A stretch of DNA of 64,000 nt from an uncultured Actinomycetota bacterium (lineage in GTDB: Bacteria; Actinomycetota; Actinomycetes; JAHEKZ01): contig CAWHIJ010000003.1 in assembly GCA_963829525.1 (NCBI GenBank), positions 832,001 through 896,000 of the forward strand, in the 5' to 3' direction. Positions 1-9,721 of the stretch are shown here, piece after piece; within the stretch, counting starts at the first letter, position 1; the number at the start of each line of letters is the position of its first letter. The translations under genes were made by a program, and so were the position numbers. Under the pieces are notes generated by a model. It was not told the DNA's origin. It was given only the letters and a program-made list of their open reading frames with translations, and ran no database searches.

Positions 1-1119
1 ATCGCCCTGCATGCCGGCCAGGAGCCCGATCCGCAGACGGGCGCTGTCGTACCTCCGATCCACCAGGTCTCGACCTTCAAGCAGGACGGCGTCGGGGGCC
101 TGCGCGGCGGTTACGAGTACAGCCGTTCTGCGAACCCCACCCGTAGCGCGCTGGAGGAGTGCCTCGCAGCAATCGAAGGTGGCGCGCGCGGGCTTGCGTT
201 CGCCTCTGGCCTCGCGGCCGAAGACACGCTGCTGCGGGCCGTGTGCAAGCCGGGTGACCACGTCGTTATCCCGAACGATGCTTACGGGGGCACCTATCGG
301 CTGTTCGCGCAGGTCCTCACGCGTTGGGCACTCGAGTACACCCCCGTCCCACTGTCCGACGTTGACGCCGTGCGGGCTGCAGTCCGACCCAACACCACGG
401 TCATCTGGGTCGAAACACCCACGAACCCGCTGCTCTCCATCGCCGACATCGCGGCGCTGGCGTCGGTTGCCCACGAGGTCGGCGCGCTGCTCGTCGTCGA
501 CAACACCTTCGCGTCCCCCTACCTGCAGCAGCCGTTGTCGCTCGGCGCCGACGTGGTTGTGCACTCGACGACCAAGTACCTCGGCGGACACTCTGATGTC
601 GTCGGAGGTGCGCTCATTGCCTCCGACAGTGAGCTCGGTGACCATCTTGCCTACTACCAGAACGCCATGGGTGCGGTGTCTGGCCCGTTCGATGCATGGC
701 TGGTGTTACGTGGCATCAAGACCCTCGCCGTCCGGATGGACCGACACGGTGAGAACGCTGCTGCCGTCGTCGACATGCTTGTCTCACACCCTCGCGTCCG
801 TAGCGTGCTGTATCCCGGACTGCCCGAGCACCCTGGTCACGACATCGCCGCCAAGCAGATGCGCGGGTTCGGCGGCATGGTGTCGTTCCAGGTCGACGGG
901 GGCGAGGACGCGGCCGTGGCGTTGGTGAACCGCACCGAGCTCTTCACCCTGGCTGAGTCACTCGGGGGAGTCGAGTCGCTGATCGAACATCCGGGACGCA
1001 TGACGCACGCCTCAGCAGCTGGCAGCCCTCTTGAGGTGCCAGGTGACCTCATCAGGCTCAGCGTCGGGCTGGAACACTCACACGATCTTGTGGCGGACCT
1101 TCAGCAGGCCTTCGGCTGA
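1..1119 (+). CDS. metB: Cystathionine gamma-synthase/lyase (PLP-dependent), 5' end outside the window
   Basis: Frame 1 is open from base 1 (IALHAGQEPDPQTGAVVPPIHQVSTFKQDG..YEYSRSANPTR). Motifs ETPTNP, DNTFASP, HSTTKYLGGHSD (PLP lysine) and AESLGGVESL. Confidence 0.9.
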   Translation: MALHAGQEPDPQTGAVVPPIHQVSTFKQDGVGGLRGGYEYSRSANPTRSALEECLAAIEGGARGLAFASGLAAEDTLLRAVCKPGDHVVIPNDAYGGTYRLFAQVLTRWALEYTPVPLSDVDAVRAAVRPNTTVIWVETPTNPLLSIADIAALASVAHEVGALLVVDNTFASPYLQQPLSLGADVVVHSTTKYLGGHSDVVGGALIASDSELGDHLAYYQNAMGAVSGPFDAWLVLRGIKTLAVRMDRHGENAAAVVDMLVSHPRVRSVLYPGLPEHPGHDIAAKQMRGFGGMVSFQVDGGEDAAVALVNRTELFTLAESLGGVESLIEHPGRMTHASAAGSPLEVPGDLIRLSVGLEHSHDLVADLQQAFG

Positions 1120-1127
1120 GCTCTGCA

Positions 1128-2483
1128 GTGCCGTCCCTCTATGTCTGCGTCGACTTCGGGTCGACGTTCACGAAAGTCGTAGCGGTCGACGCCGATGGCA
1201 CTTTGGTGGCGACTGGCTCGGCACGCACCACGATCGACAGCGATGTCATGTCTGGCATGGACGACGCCGTTGCCGATGCTGGCATCGAGCTCGGCGACGG
1301 TGTCGAGATGCTGGCGTGCAGTTCGGCTGGCGGCGGGCTGCGGATCGCCGTGATCGGATACGAGCGGGCGATCACCGCTGAAGCGGGCTATCGGGTCGGA
1401 TTGTCGGCCGGCGGTCGGGTTTGCCACGTAACCTCGGGTGAGCTGAGCGCCGCCGACACGACCGAGCTTCGCGACACCGAGCCGGACGTGCTCCTTCTTG
1501 TTGGGGGCACCGACGGCGGCAATGCCGATGTACTCCTGCACAACGCCAGGGCGATCGCACGCGCCGATCTTGCGCTGCCCGTCGTAGTAGCCGGGAACGT
1601 TTCAGCTCGTGACCAGGTTGTGCGTATCTTGCGTCGGGCACGGATTGCGGTGATTGCGGCTGACAACGTGCTTCCCAAGATTGGCGTCCTCGACCCACGA
1701 TCAGCGCGCGAGGCGATCCGTGAGGTATTCATCTCTCACGTCATCGGTGGCAAGCACCTCTCGACCCGTATTGACCTTTCCACCTGGGTTCAGGCTGCGA
1801 CACCGGACGCAGTGCTGTCCGGTGTCGAGCTGCTCGCAGACGGAACGTCAGACGTTGCGGGAGTTGGCGACGTGGTTGTGGTCGACGTCGGCGGGGCGAC
1901 CACCGACGTGTACTCGGTGACGTCGCCAGACCTCGATGACGACCCTGCTGAACGTGAGGCAGTTGCGACGATGTGGCGCAGTCGAACCGTTGAGGGAGAT
2001 CTTGGTGTTCGCTGGAATGCACCCGGGATCGTCCAGGCCGCCCGGCGCGAAGGCTTCATCGACGAAGACCGCGAGACGGCTCTGGCCGACGCTGCGAGGT
2101 TGCGACGAGCCGACCCCGGGTATCTCCCGGCGACGGACGTTGACCGCGCAGTTGATCGAGAGCTTGCGCGCCTGGCTGCTGGCGTGGCGCTTCGTCGGCA
2201 CGCCCGCCCCCATACGGCCGGTGCCGTGCGCTACCCAGGAAAGGACCTCAGCAGGGTTGCGCTGCTGATTGGCTCTGGCGGTGTGCTGCGACACAACCCG
2301 TCGCCGGATGCGCACGCCATCGTCAAATCGGCGGTGTCCGATCCTGCGGGAGGCTGGCGGACCCCTCAGGGCGCCACCTCCTTGGTGGACGAGCACTATG
2401 TCCTGGCAGCTGCTGGCCTGATCAGCCGCACAGACTCTGGGGCCGCGATGGCGCTGATGTGTGGTTCGTTGCTCAATCGTTGA
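1128..2483 (+). CDS. Glutamate mutase L (GlmL/MutL-type, actin-like ATPase; B12-enzyme reactivase-like)
   Basis: Motifs VDFGSTFTK, ACSSAGGGL, LVGGTDGG, VDVGGATTDVYS, RTVEGDLG and GSGGVLRH are typical of this family. Confidence 0.8.
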   Translation: MPSLYVCVDFGSTFTKVVAVDADGTLVATGSARTTIDSDVMSGMDDAVADAGIELGDGVEMLACSSAGGGLRIAVIGYERAITAEAGYRVGLSAGGRVCHVTSGELSAADTTELRDTEPDVLLLVGGTDGGNADVLLHNARAIARADLALPVVVAGNVSARDQVVRILRRARIAVIAADNVLPKIGVLDPRSAREAIREVFISHVIGGKHLSTRIDLSTWVQAATPDAVLSGVELLADGTSDVAGVGDVVVVDVGGATTDVYSVTSPDLDDDPAEREAVATMWRSRTVEGDLGVRWNAPGIVQAARREGFIDEDRETALADAARLRRADPGYLPATDVDRAVDRELARLAAGVALRRHARPHTAGAVRYPGKDLSRVALLIGSGGVLRHNPSPDAHAIVKSAVSDPAGGWRTPQGATSLVDEHYVLAAAGLISRTDSGAAMALMCGSLLNR

Positions 2484-2529
2484 GTAAGTCGTCGGGGGAA
2501 GTGCACCTCAGCGGGTTTAGGCTGCGCCC

Positions 2530-3903
2530 ATGACCGTGACGGGGGAGCGCACGGAGGCGCTCACCGCAACCAGGATCGCTGAGGGCGTCCGCAGTGGTGC
2601 GCTAGACCCTGAGTTGGTCCTGCATGACACGCTCGCACGGATCGCTCGCCATGACGCGGTGCTTGCTTCCTTCGCGTCGGTGCGTACCGAGGCGGCGGTC
2701 CACGAAGCCCAGGAGCTGAAGAGACGCGTCGCCGCTGGTGAGGAGCGGCTTCCCCTGGCGGGTGTTCCGATTGCCATCAAGGACGTTGTGCCGATCACCG
2801 GTGAGGTGATGCGGGCTGGCTCGCGCGCAACCAGCCGGGTTCCGCAGACAGCTGACCACCCAGTGGTCGCCCGGCTCCGTAAAGCCGGAGCCATTGTTGT
2901 CGGAACCACCGCAACACCGGAGGCTTGCCTCTGGCTCACCACTGACGGTGACCGCATCACCCGAAACCCTTGGCAGTCAGAGCGCTCCGCTAGTGGATCA
3001 TCGGGGGGCAGTGCGGCGGCGCTCGGAGCCGGTCTGGTACTCCTCGCGCACGGCACCGATGGGCTCGGGTCGATCCGACAGCCCGCGGCGGCGTGTGGGG
3101 TTCTGGGCTTGAAGCCGAGCCGGGGGCTCATCCCGACCGACCTTGGTCAAAATGACTGGTACGGACTGGCCGAGAACGGGCCGATGGCCACCACCGTGGC
3201 TGACCTCGCGTTGATGCTCTCGGTGATGTCCGGCCAGCCACTATTGGCCGACGTTGCTCCGCTGCGCCGATCCCTGCGTATCGCTGTCTCTGCCAGACCC
3301 CCGGTACAGGGGGTCCGCACCAACCCTGCGATCACGGCGGCTCTCTTCTCGGCAGCCGGGCTCTTACGCAGGAACGGTCACCATGTCGCGCGCGACCAGC
3401 CGGTATACCCCCAACGGCTAAGCATGGCTGGCACCTTCCGTTGGTTCGCTGCTGCTGCCGACTATGTCGAAGAAGTCACTGACCCTTCGCTGCTCCAAGA
3501 TCGCACTGTTGGTCACGCAAGTGCGGGGCGCCGAGTTCGCCCGTTGGTCCGTGGTGAACAGCTCACCGACTGGCGTGACCGGGCTGACGCGTTCTTCGAT
3601 TCCTACGACCTCATGCTGACCCCGGTCACCGCCACCCATCCGCTCCGCGCTGACCGTTGGAGCGAACGTGCGTGGGCTGCCAACGTACGCTCCAACGTTG
3701 CGGCGAGTGGTGGTTTCGCTGGTATGTGGAACGTGGCCGGCTTTCCAGCACTCACTCTCCCGTTCGGCATCGACACCGTGACCGGCACACCGATCGGTCT
3801 GCAGCTGGCTGCCAGACACGGAGAAGAGCATCTACTGCTGTCCGTGGCGGCCCGCATGGAGGCGTGGCGCCCCTGGCCGACGACTGCTCCAGGATGGGCG
3901 TGA
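2530..3903 (+). CDS. Amidase signature family enzyme
   Basis: PLAGVPIAIKD (catalytic Lys), GSSGGSAAA and GTDGLGSIRQPA (Ser-cisSer-Lys triad). Confidence 0.9.
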   Translation: MTVTGERTEALTATRIAEGVRSGALDPELVLHDTLARIARHDAVLASFASVRTEAAVHEAQELKRRVAAGEERLPLAGVPIAIKDVVPITGEVMRAGSRATSRVPQTADHPVVARLRKAGAIVVGTTATPEACLWLTTDGDRITRNPWQSERSASGSSGGSAAALGAGLVLLAHGTDGLGSIRQPAAACGVLGLKPSRGLIPTDLGQNDWYGLAENGPMATTVADLALMLSVMSGQPLLADVAPLRRSLRIAVSARPPVQGVRTNPAITAALFSAAGLLRRNGHHVARDQPVYPQRLSMAGTFRWFAAAADYVEEVTDPSLLQDRTVGHASAGRRVRPLVRGEQLTDWRDRADAFFDSYDLMLTPVTATHPLRADRWSERAWAANVRSNVAASGGFAGMWNVAGFPALTLPFGIDTVTGTPIGLQLAARHGEEHLLLSVAARMEAWRPWPTTAPGWA

Positions 3904-5130
3904 CTAAAGCGGTGTGGCCTTCTTGTGCAAGGTTTCTGGCATCGCCAACGCAGTGAATGTCCCAGCCAAGCAGACGGCCGCAGTAGCAGCGAACGCCCAC
4001 GAGAAGGAGAACGTGTCGACCAGTAGTCCGGCGATCAACGGCCCCGCAAATGCCCCCAGGTCGGAGGACATCTGGTAGACCGCAATCGCGGGTCCGCCCC
4101 GCCCATGCACCACGTCGCCGACGACGGCGGTACTGCTGGTACCGATCAAGGCTGAGCCGAACCCGAACAGAACCATGGCTGCGATGTAGGGCGGAATCGA
4201 GTCGAAACCGGCGAGCAGCACAAAGGCGAGGGCTACGACAACCGATCCAATGATCATTGAAGGGCGTCGTCCACGCATGTCAGAGGAGCGCCCGGCTGGA
4301 ATCAGCAGCGCTCCTTGTGCCAGCGCTGAGACAAAGATCCCGATACTCACCCAGGACTCTGAGAGCAGCATGGCCTCGGTGACGAACAGGGGCAGCACCG
4401 ATCCGCGGATTCCGAACAGCGACCAGCCCGTCGCGAGGTTGTTGGTGACGGCAGCCCAGTAAGCGCGTTGCCGGATGGCCACCGAAAGCGGTGTGGGTGC
4501 TATGTCCGTACCCGCCTCCTCCTCCCGCACCTGCAACTTGCTCTGTGCGAGGAAGATCAGTCCGATCGAACCGGCGATCAGCAGAGTTGCCGCGTAGACG
4601 AAGAAGGGCAATCGGATCGAGATGGCTACCAGCGGCACCCCGAAGAGCGGGCCGGTGACGCCTCCGATCAAGAAGCCTCCCTGAAAGGCCAAGGCGGCGC
4701 GTCCACGCTGCTCAGGCAGGACGACGCGCAGCAGCAGCGCGTAGGCGGCGACGGTGAACATGGCCGAGCCCACACCTCCAGCTCCGCGCAGGACAAGAAG
4801 CTGCCAATACGTCTGCGAGAGGCCAGCCAGTGCGCTCGAGATGCCGACGATGAAGATTCCAGTGCCGAGGATCAGTCGCTCACCGGTGCGGTCGACCAGC
4901 CATCCAGCCAGCGGAGATGTAGCGAACCGCGTCAGCGCGAAGATGGAGACGACCGCAGCTGCTGCCGTCGTCGTCACTCCGAACTCCTTGGCGAACGGCG
5001 CGATGACGGGAAAGACGATCCCGAAGCCGACGGCTACGGCGAACGCGACTGAGGTGAGGACTGCGACCTCGCGGGGGAGGCCCCGGAAGGTGGACGCTAC
5101 CCATTCCTGGGGTCGGTCGATGAGACTCAC
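3904..5130 (-). CDS. MFS transporter
   Basis: About 12 hydrophobic segments; MFS motif A variants GWLVDRTGER and GRSSDMRGRR. Confidence 0.9.
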   Translation of the reverse strand: MSLIDRPQEWVASTFRGLPREVAVLTSVAFAVAVGFGIVFPVIAPFAKEFGVTTTAAAAVVSIFALTRFATSPLAGWLVDRTGERLILGTGIFIVGISSALAGLSQTYWQLLVLRGAGGVGSAMFTVAAYALLLRVVLPEQRGRAALAFQGGFLIGGVTGPLFGVPLVAISIRLPFFVYAATLLIAGSIGLIFLAQSKLQVREEEAGTDIAPTPLSVAIRQRAYWAAVTNNLATGWSLFGIRGSVLPLFVTEAMLLSESWVSIGIFVSALAQGALLIPAGRSSDMRGRRPSMIIGSVVVALAFVLLAGFDSIPPYIAAMVLFGFGSALIGTSSTAVVGDVVHGRGGPAIAVYQMSSDLGAFAGPLIAGLLVDTFSFSWAFAATAAVCLAGTFTALAMPETLHKKATPL

Positions 5131-5235
5131 GGGCTCGATCCAACCACCCGCCTAGGCCTGCCGGAGCCTGGGCCGGATGGGTGGCCGGTGGGGTGGGGTG
5201 CTGCGGTGCCCGAGCTGATCGGCCACGATGGAGTG

Positions 5236-6418
5236 GTGATCTCCTGTGGCTCCGGCGTCGCCGTAGGGTTCGACCTCTCCCGCACAGCGGCGATCGCCGC
5301 TTCCCGGGCCATGGCCGAGCTCTCGGGGCCGCCCGCGTTCGCGTGCATCTTCGTGCGCGCAGCGAATCCCGACGACGTCACCGCGGCGATGGTTGCAGCT
5401 CAGCGCACGATCGGTGCCCCCCACAGCATCGGTTGTTCGTCGTCGCATGGAGTGATCGGTGGGGGTCACGGCATCGAGGACGTCTCGGCGGTCAGCGTCT
5501 TCGTCGCCTCGGGCGCAGAGCTCTTCGTCCGATCCTTTCACTTGGAGGTCATGCCGACTTCGGACTCCATCGCGGTCGTCGGTGTTCCTCAGATCGAACC
5601 CGACGACCAGGTGGCCGTGATCCTGGCCGACGCCTACTCGTTCCCGGCCGAAGGCTTCGTCGAGGAGTCGACTCAGTCGCTTGGAGGGCTACCGGTTGCC
5701 GGGGGGCTCGCGGTGGGGGGTCAGGGGTCTGGTTCTACCCGATTGCTGATTGACGGCCGCGTGGTCGATAGGGGTGCAGTCGGACTTGTCCTTGGTGGGA
5801 CCGCCTCGATAGCAGCGGTCGTGAGCCAGGGGTGTCGCCCGGTGGGGAACCCCATGACGGTGACCCGTTGTGAAGGCAATGTCGTCCTTGAGCTGGCGGG
5901 GCGGCCGGCGCTGCAGAGGCTGGAGGATCTGCTGCTCACCCTTTCGCCAGAGGATCAGGCGGTCGCTGGTACCGGACTTCAGATCGGAGTGGTTCACGAT
6001 GAGTACGCCGACCAGCACGAGCAAGGGGACTTTCTCATCCGGTCTCTCGTGCGGGTGGATTCCGAACGTCGGGCGCTGGTGATCGCCGACGACGTTCAGG
6101 TCGGCCAGACAGTGAGCTTTCAGTTGCGCGACGCCGAGGCGGCCAGTGACGATCTGCAGCGGATGCTGGCGCAATGGGGCAAGTCGACGGCTCCAGGACG
6201 GCCCGGTTGGTGCGCTGCTCTTCTCGTGCAGCGGGCGAGGCGAACGCTTCTTCACCACGAGCGACCACGATGCTCTCACGGTGAGAGACGAGCTTGGCGG
6301 CGCTGAGGTAGCTGGCTACTTCGCGGCCGGCGAGATCGGCCCGGTAGCCGGCCGTAACCACCTCCACGGATTCTCGGCCTCCGTGGTGGTCTTCGCCACC
6401 AGTTCTCGCATCGCGTGA
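5236..6418 (+). CDS. FIST (NosP-like) N+C domain protein; one frameshift near 6180-6200
   Basis: [15 protein letters not shown] and FQLRD motifs; the C-terminal [28 protein letters not shown] lies in the next frame (ORF 6146-6418). Start chosen after CACGAT-N6-GTG. Confidence 0.8.
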
Positions 6419-6452
6419 GTTGGCTGGGGGTACGACCCCAGTGAGCTAACAC
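6413..6452. repeat. 40-bp imperfect palindromic (REP-like) element, copy A
   Basis: GCGTGAGTTGGCTGGGGGTACGACCCCAGTGAGCTAACAC. Ungapped identity 27/40 to copy B and 26/40 to the reverse complement of copy C (counted by hand). Confidence 0.7.
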
Positions 6453-6514
6453 GCTGTCGTCCACAGGGGGGCGCAAGTCGCACACTCCTTTGTGAGATGG
6501 GCGACGGTTGCGCA

Positions 6515-7489
6515 ATGGCAGTCGAGGCAACCCGTGGAGCGCTGCTGCTGCGTCGGTTGCGCGAGTTCGCGGCGCCCCGGGGCGGTGTCTTCACGACGCG
6601 GCAGGCATCTGAGCTCGGTGTCGGTTACGAGGTCATCCGGAGTCAGATTGCTGCGGGTCGATGGACGCGGCTGCATGAGGGTGTCTATCTCATGGGGAAC
6701 ATGCGCCCAGGAGAGACACCCACCCGGTGGTCGGCATTGCTGGCGAGCGGCGATGGCGCCGTGCTGAGCCACCGAACTGCGGCCGAGATCTACGGTATCC
6801 GACATAGGGCACCGGGCTCGCAGGTCCATGTCTCCATTCCGGCGACGCGAGTCGAGGTGCCGGTTCCAGGTGCTCGGGTGCGGCGGAGCCGTCTTCTGCC
6901 GGGCAAAAGCACGACATACAGAGGGTGGCCGATCACCACGGCCGCAGACACAGTTCTTGACCTCATCGCCGAGCTGCGATCACCCCACGACGTCGTCGCC
7001 CTGCTTACCGACGCATGCCGCAGCAAGGCTGTCACCGCTGAGGAGATTCTGAAAGCAATGGGACGGCGCAAGCGACAGCGCCACCGGCAATTGGTTAAGG
7101 ACGTCCTCGCCGATGTCGTTGGCGGTTTGGAGAGCCTGCTCGAGCACAAGTACCTCGTTCGCGTCGAGCGGCCACACGGGCTGCCCTATGGACGGCGTCA
7201 GGTGAAGGCGGAAGCGCACGGGGTGCCTATCCGCGAGGACGTCGAGTACGACGAGTTCGAGACGGTCGTCGAGCTCGACGGACGTTTGGGGCACGAAGGC
7301 TCAGGACGCCACCGGGACCGCCGGCGGGACAACGCCAGCACCGTCGGCAAGAAGGCGACCCTTCGTTACGGACACGCCGACCTAGAGGAGCCTTGCCATG
7401 CGGCAATGGAGGTGGCGACGGTGCTGACTCATCATGGGTGGACTGGTCAGATCAAGCGGTGCGGCTCCCGCTGCCGAGCAACATCGTGA
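6515..7489 (+). CDS. AbiEi-family N-terminal domain protein with C-terminal DUF559/Vsr-like PD-(D/E)xK nuclease domain
   Basis: GGVFTTRQA..GRWTRLHEGVY, VLSHRTAA, TTAADTVLDL, ESLLE, D..Y..VVELDGRLGH..RDRRRDN..TLRY. No AbiEii toxin next to it. Confidence 0.75.
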   Translation: MAVEATRGALLLRRLREFAAPRGGVFTTRQASELGVGYEVIRSQIAAGRWTRLHEGVYLMGNMRPGETPTRWSALLASGDGAVLSHRTAAEIYGIRHRAPGSQVHVSIPATRVEVPVPGARVRRSRLLPGKSTTYRGWPITTAADTVLDLIAELRSPHDVVALLTDACRSKAVTAEEILKAMGRRKRQRHRQLVKDVLADVVGGLESLLEHKYLVRVERPHGLPYGRRQVKAEAHGVPIREDVEYDEFETVVELDGRLGHEGSGRHRDRRRDNASTVGKKATLRYGHADLEEPCHAAMEVATVLTHHGWTGQIKRCGSRCRATS

Positions 7490-7525
7490 AAGCCTGCTGG
7501 GGGTATAGCCCCACCGAACTCACAC
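7486..7525. repeat. 40-bp imperfect palindromic (REP-like) element, copy B
   Basis: GTGAAAGCCTGCTGGGGGTATAGCCCCACCGAACTCACAC. Same orientation as copy A; overlaps the stop codon of the nuclease gene. Confidence 0.7.
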
Positions 7526-7544
7526 TTTGGCGAGGGTGGGCGGC

Positions 7545-8036
7545 TTAGCTCGGGCCGAAGGGGGCCGAGGAGTCAACGCGCACGGTCAGTGCTTTGCCGT
7601 TGGGCAGTCGATAGCTGATCTCGGTCCCGATCGCCTGCCCATGGACGGCCCCACCCAAGGGCGACTGGGGTGAGTAGACATCGATTTCGTGGTGGCCCGC
7701 CTGTTCACGCGACCCCAACAGAAAGGTCTCCTTCTCGCCGTCAAGTGTCCCGCCGACGAAGGTCACCGCGACCTCATGTCCAACCTGGACAGTGCCGTCC
7801 TCGGCGGAGGGTGCACCGACCTGGGCACTCTCGAGCAGGTGGCGCAGCTGCTTGATGCGAGCTTCAAGCTTGCCTTGCTCCTCGCGGGCGGCGTGGTAGC
7901 CACCATTTTCCTTGAGGTCACCCTCTTCTCGCGCCGACGCGATCTTCTGGACAACCTCGGCTCGCCTGGTGGTGGTGAGCTCTTCGTACTCGACATTCAG
8001 CCGGTCATAGGCGTCCTGGGAGAGCCAGGTGGTCAT
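7545..8036 (-). CDS. greA: Transcription elongation factor GreA
   Basis: AREEGDLKENGGYHAARE and YSPQSPLG. Confidence 0.97.
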   Translation of the reverse strand: MTTWLSQDAYDRLNVEYEELTTTRRAEVVQKIASAREEGDLKENGGYHAAREEQGKLEARIKQLRHLLESAQVGAPSAEDGTVQVGHEVAVTFVGGTLDGEKETFLLGSREQAGHHEIDVYSPQSPLGGAVHGQAIGTEISYRLPNGKALTVRVDSSAPFGPS

Positions 8037-8094
8037 GCAGTGCTCCTTCGGCGGATCGGTTCGTGAGGCGGGTTTGCCCTCGGCGGTGCCATGG

Positions 8095-8544
8095 TCAACC
8101 GACGGGCCGGCAACTGTCCACGAAGGCGCTGCTGGGCCGGGCCGTCACCGGTAAAGCGTAGACGACGTGGGTGTCGGCGTTATCGCTCGTGACGGGTGCC
8201 TCAGCGCGTCCGACTTCAAGGCCGCGGCGGTCGAGTGCGCGAACGGTGCAGAGGACTTCTGAGCCGGGAGGGAGGAAGACGTCGAACTCGACGATGACCG
8301 AGGTGTCGGTGACGTCGCGGAAGCCGGTCGTACTCCAAGTCAGATTCTGGTCGGCCTGGACAAGTCCGGCCCACACCACCCAGCCGACGAAGGGGAGTAC
8401 CACCAGACCTAGGACCAGCCCCATGGTCAGCCGTGAGCGACTGGTGCCGTAGCGCTCCTGGAGATGGTCGAGGTCGACGTCCGGAGAGAGTGCAACGCCA
8501 CGCAGGTGTCGGGGGAGGCGGGGATCGTTGCCAGGACCAGTCAC
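8095..8544 (-). CDS. Single-TM membrane protein (DUF4307-like)
   Basis: ERYG motif, one TM helix, CTVRALD..EVGR..C. Usual position between greA and mca. Confidence 0.7.
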   Translation of the reverse strand: MTGPGNDPRLPRHLRGVALSPDVDLDHLQERYGTSRSRLTMGLVLGLVVLPFVGWVVWAGLVQADQNLTWSTTGFRDVTDTSVIVEFDVFLPPGSEVLCTVRALDRRGLEVGRAEAPVTSDNADTHVVYALPVTARPSSAFVDSCRPVG

Positions 8545-8577
8545 GCCTCCATTGTCCGGCTCTCCTATCCTGTGCCG

Positions 8578-9471
8578 GTGCCACCCTCCCCAGATGCCGC
8601 GGCAGGACTGCGGCTCATGGCCGTCCACGCGCACCCCGATGACGAGTCGAGCAAGGGAGCGGCCAGCACGGCCCGCTACGTGGCTGAGGGTGTGTCGGTG
8701 ATGGTGGTGACGTGTACCGGTGGCGAAAGGGGAGATGTGCTGAACCCCAAGCTGGTCGATGACCCAGAGATCGCTGCCAACCTTGTCGCGATCCGTCGCG
8801 CGGAGATGAATCGGGCGCGGGAGATCCTCGGCGTCGAACAGGAGTGGCTGGGCTTCGTCGACTCCGGGTATCTCGAGGACTATCGAGTCGAGGATCGCGA
8901 TCAGCTGCCCGAAGGGTGCTTTGCGCGTGTCCCGCTATCGGAGGCGGCACTCCCCTTGGTGTCGTTGATCAGAGCATTCCGGCCGCACGTGGTCACGACC
9001 TACGATGAGAACGGCGGGTACCCGCATCCTGACCACATCATGTGCCACGAGGTGTCAGTCGCTGCATTCGATGCAGCGGCCGACGGGTCGGCGTACCCCG
9101 AGCAGGGTGAGCCGTGGCAAGCGCTGAAGCTCTACTATCACCACGGGTTCCACAAGGAGCGGTTCGAGGCGTTGCATGCTGGGATGCTTGATGCCGGGCT
9201 GGACTCACCGTTTGGTACGTGGCTCGAGGAGTGGGTTGACCGCCCTGAGGACGAGGGGCGGATCACGACGCGGGTGCCCTGCGCCGAGTTCTTTCCTGTG
9301 CGCGATGACGCCCTACGAGCCCACGCCACTCAGATCGACGATGAGGGCTGGTGGTTCGGGGTTCCTCTGGAGGTCCAGCAGGCTGTGTGGCCGACGGAGG
9401 AGTACGAGCTGGCGCGATGCCTGGTCGACAGCCCTCTGCCAGAGGACGACCTCTTCGCTGGGATCTGTTGA
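8578..9471 (+). CDS. mca: Mycothiol S-conjugate amidase
   Basis: LMAVHAHPDDESSKGA, TYDENGGYPHPDH, ALRAHATQID and C-terminal EDDLFAGI; synteny with greA. Confidence 0.93.
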   Translation: MPPSPDAAAGLRLMAVHAHPDDESSKGAASTARYVAEGVSVMVVTCTGGERGDVLNPKLVDDPEIAANLVAIRRAEMNRAREILGVEQEWLGFVDSGYLEDYRVEDRDQLPEGCFARVPLSEAALPLVSLIRAFRPHVVTTYDENGGYPHPDHIMCHEVSVAAFDAAADGSAYPEQGEPWQALKLYYHHGFHKERFEALHAGMLDAGLDSPFGTWLEEWVDRPEDEGRITTRVPCAEFFPVRDDALRAHATQIDDEGWWFGVPLEVQQAVWPTEEYELARCLVDSPLPEDDLFAGIC

Positions 9472-9490
9472 CCTCAGGCACAATGGCGCC

Positions 9491-9721
9491 ATGATGACCG
9501 CCGTAGCTTCCGAGATTGCAGGACTGCCCCTTTTGATTCAGCGGTTCGAGGAGGCCGACACGCGCGAGATTGGTCCGGGGCTCATCGCTTTCACGATTGT
9601 CGTGCTGCTTGGGGTCGCAACCTTTTTCTTGCTGCGATCGATGATTCATCACATCGGCAAGGTGCCACCGACGTTCGACGAAGACGTGCCCGATGACTCA
9701 TCAGATCGGGATGTCGGCTAG
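9491..9721 (+). CDS. Small membrane protein
   Basis: GPGLIAF..TM..LLRSM..H..KVP..FD; a type commonly found downstream of mca. Confidence 0.65.
   Translation: MMTAVASEIAGLPLLIQRFEEADTREIGPGLIAFTIVVLLGVATFFLLRSMIHHIGKVPPTFDEDVPDDSSDRDVG

Noticed and set aside
6515-7489. A complete type IV AbiE toxin-antitoxin system
   Set aside because: No nucleotidyltransferase (AbiEii) gene adjoins; the neighbours are the FIST gene and greA.
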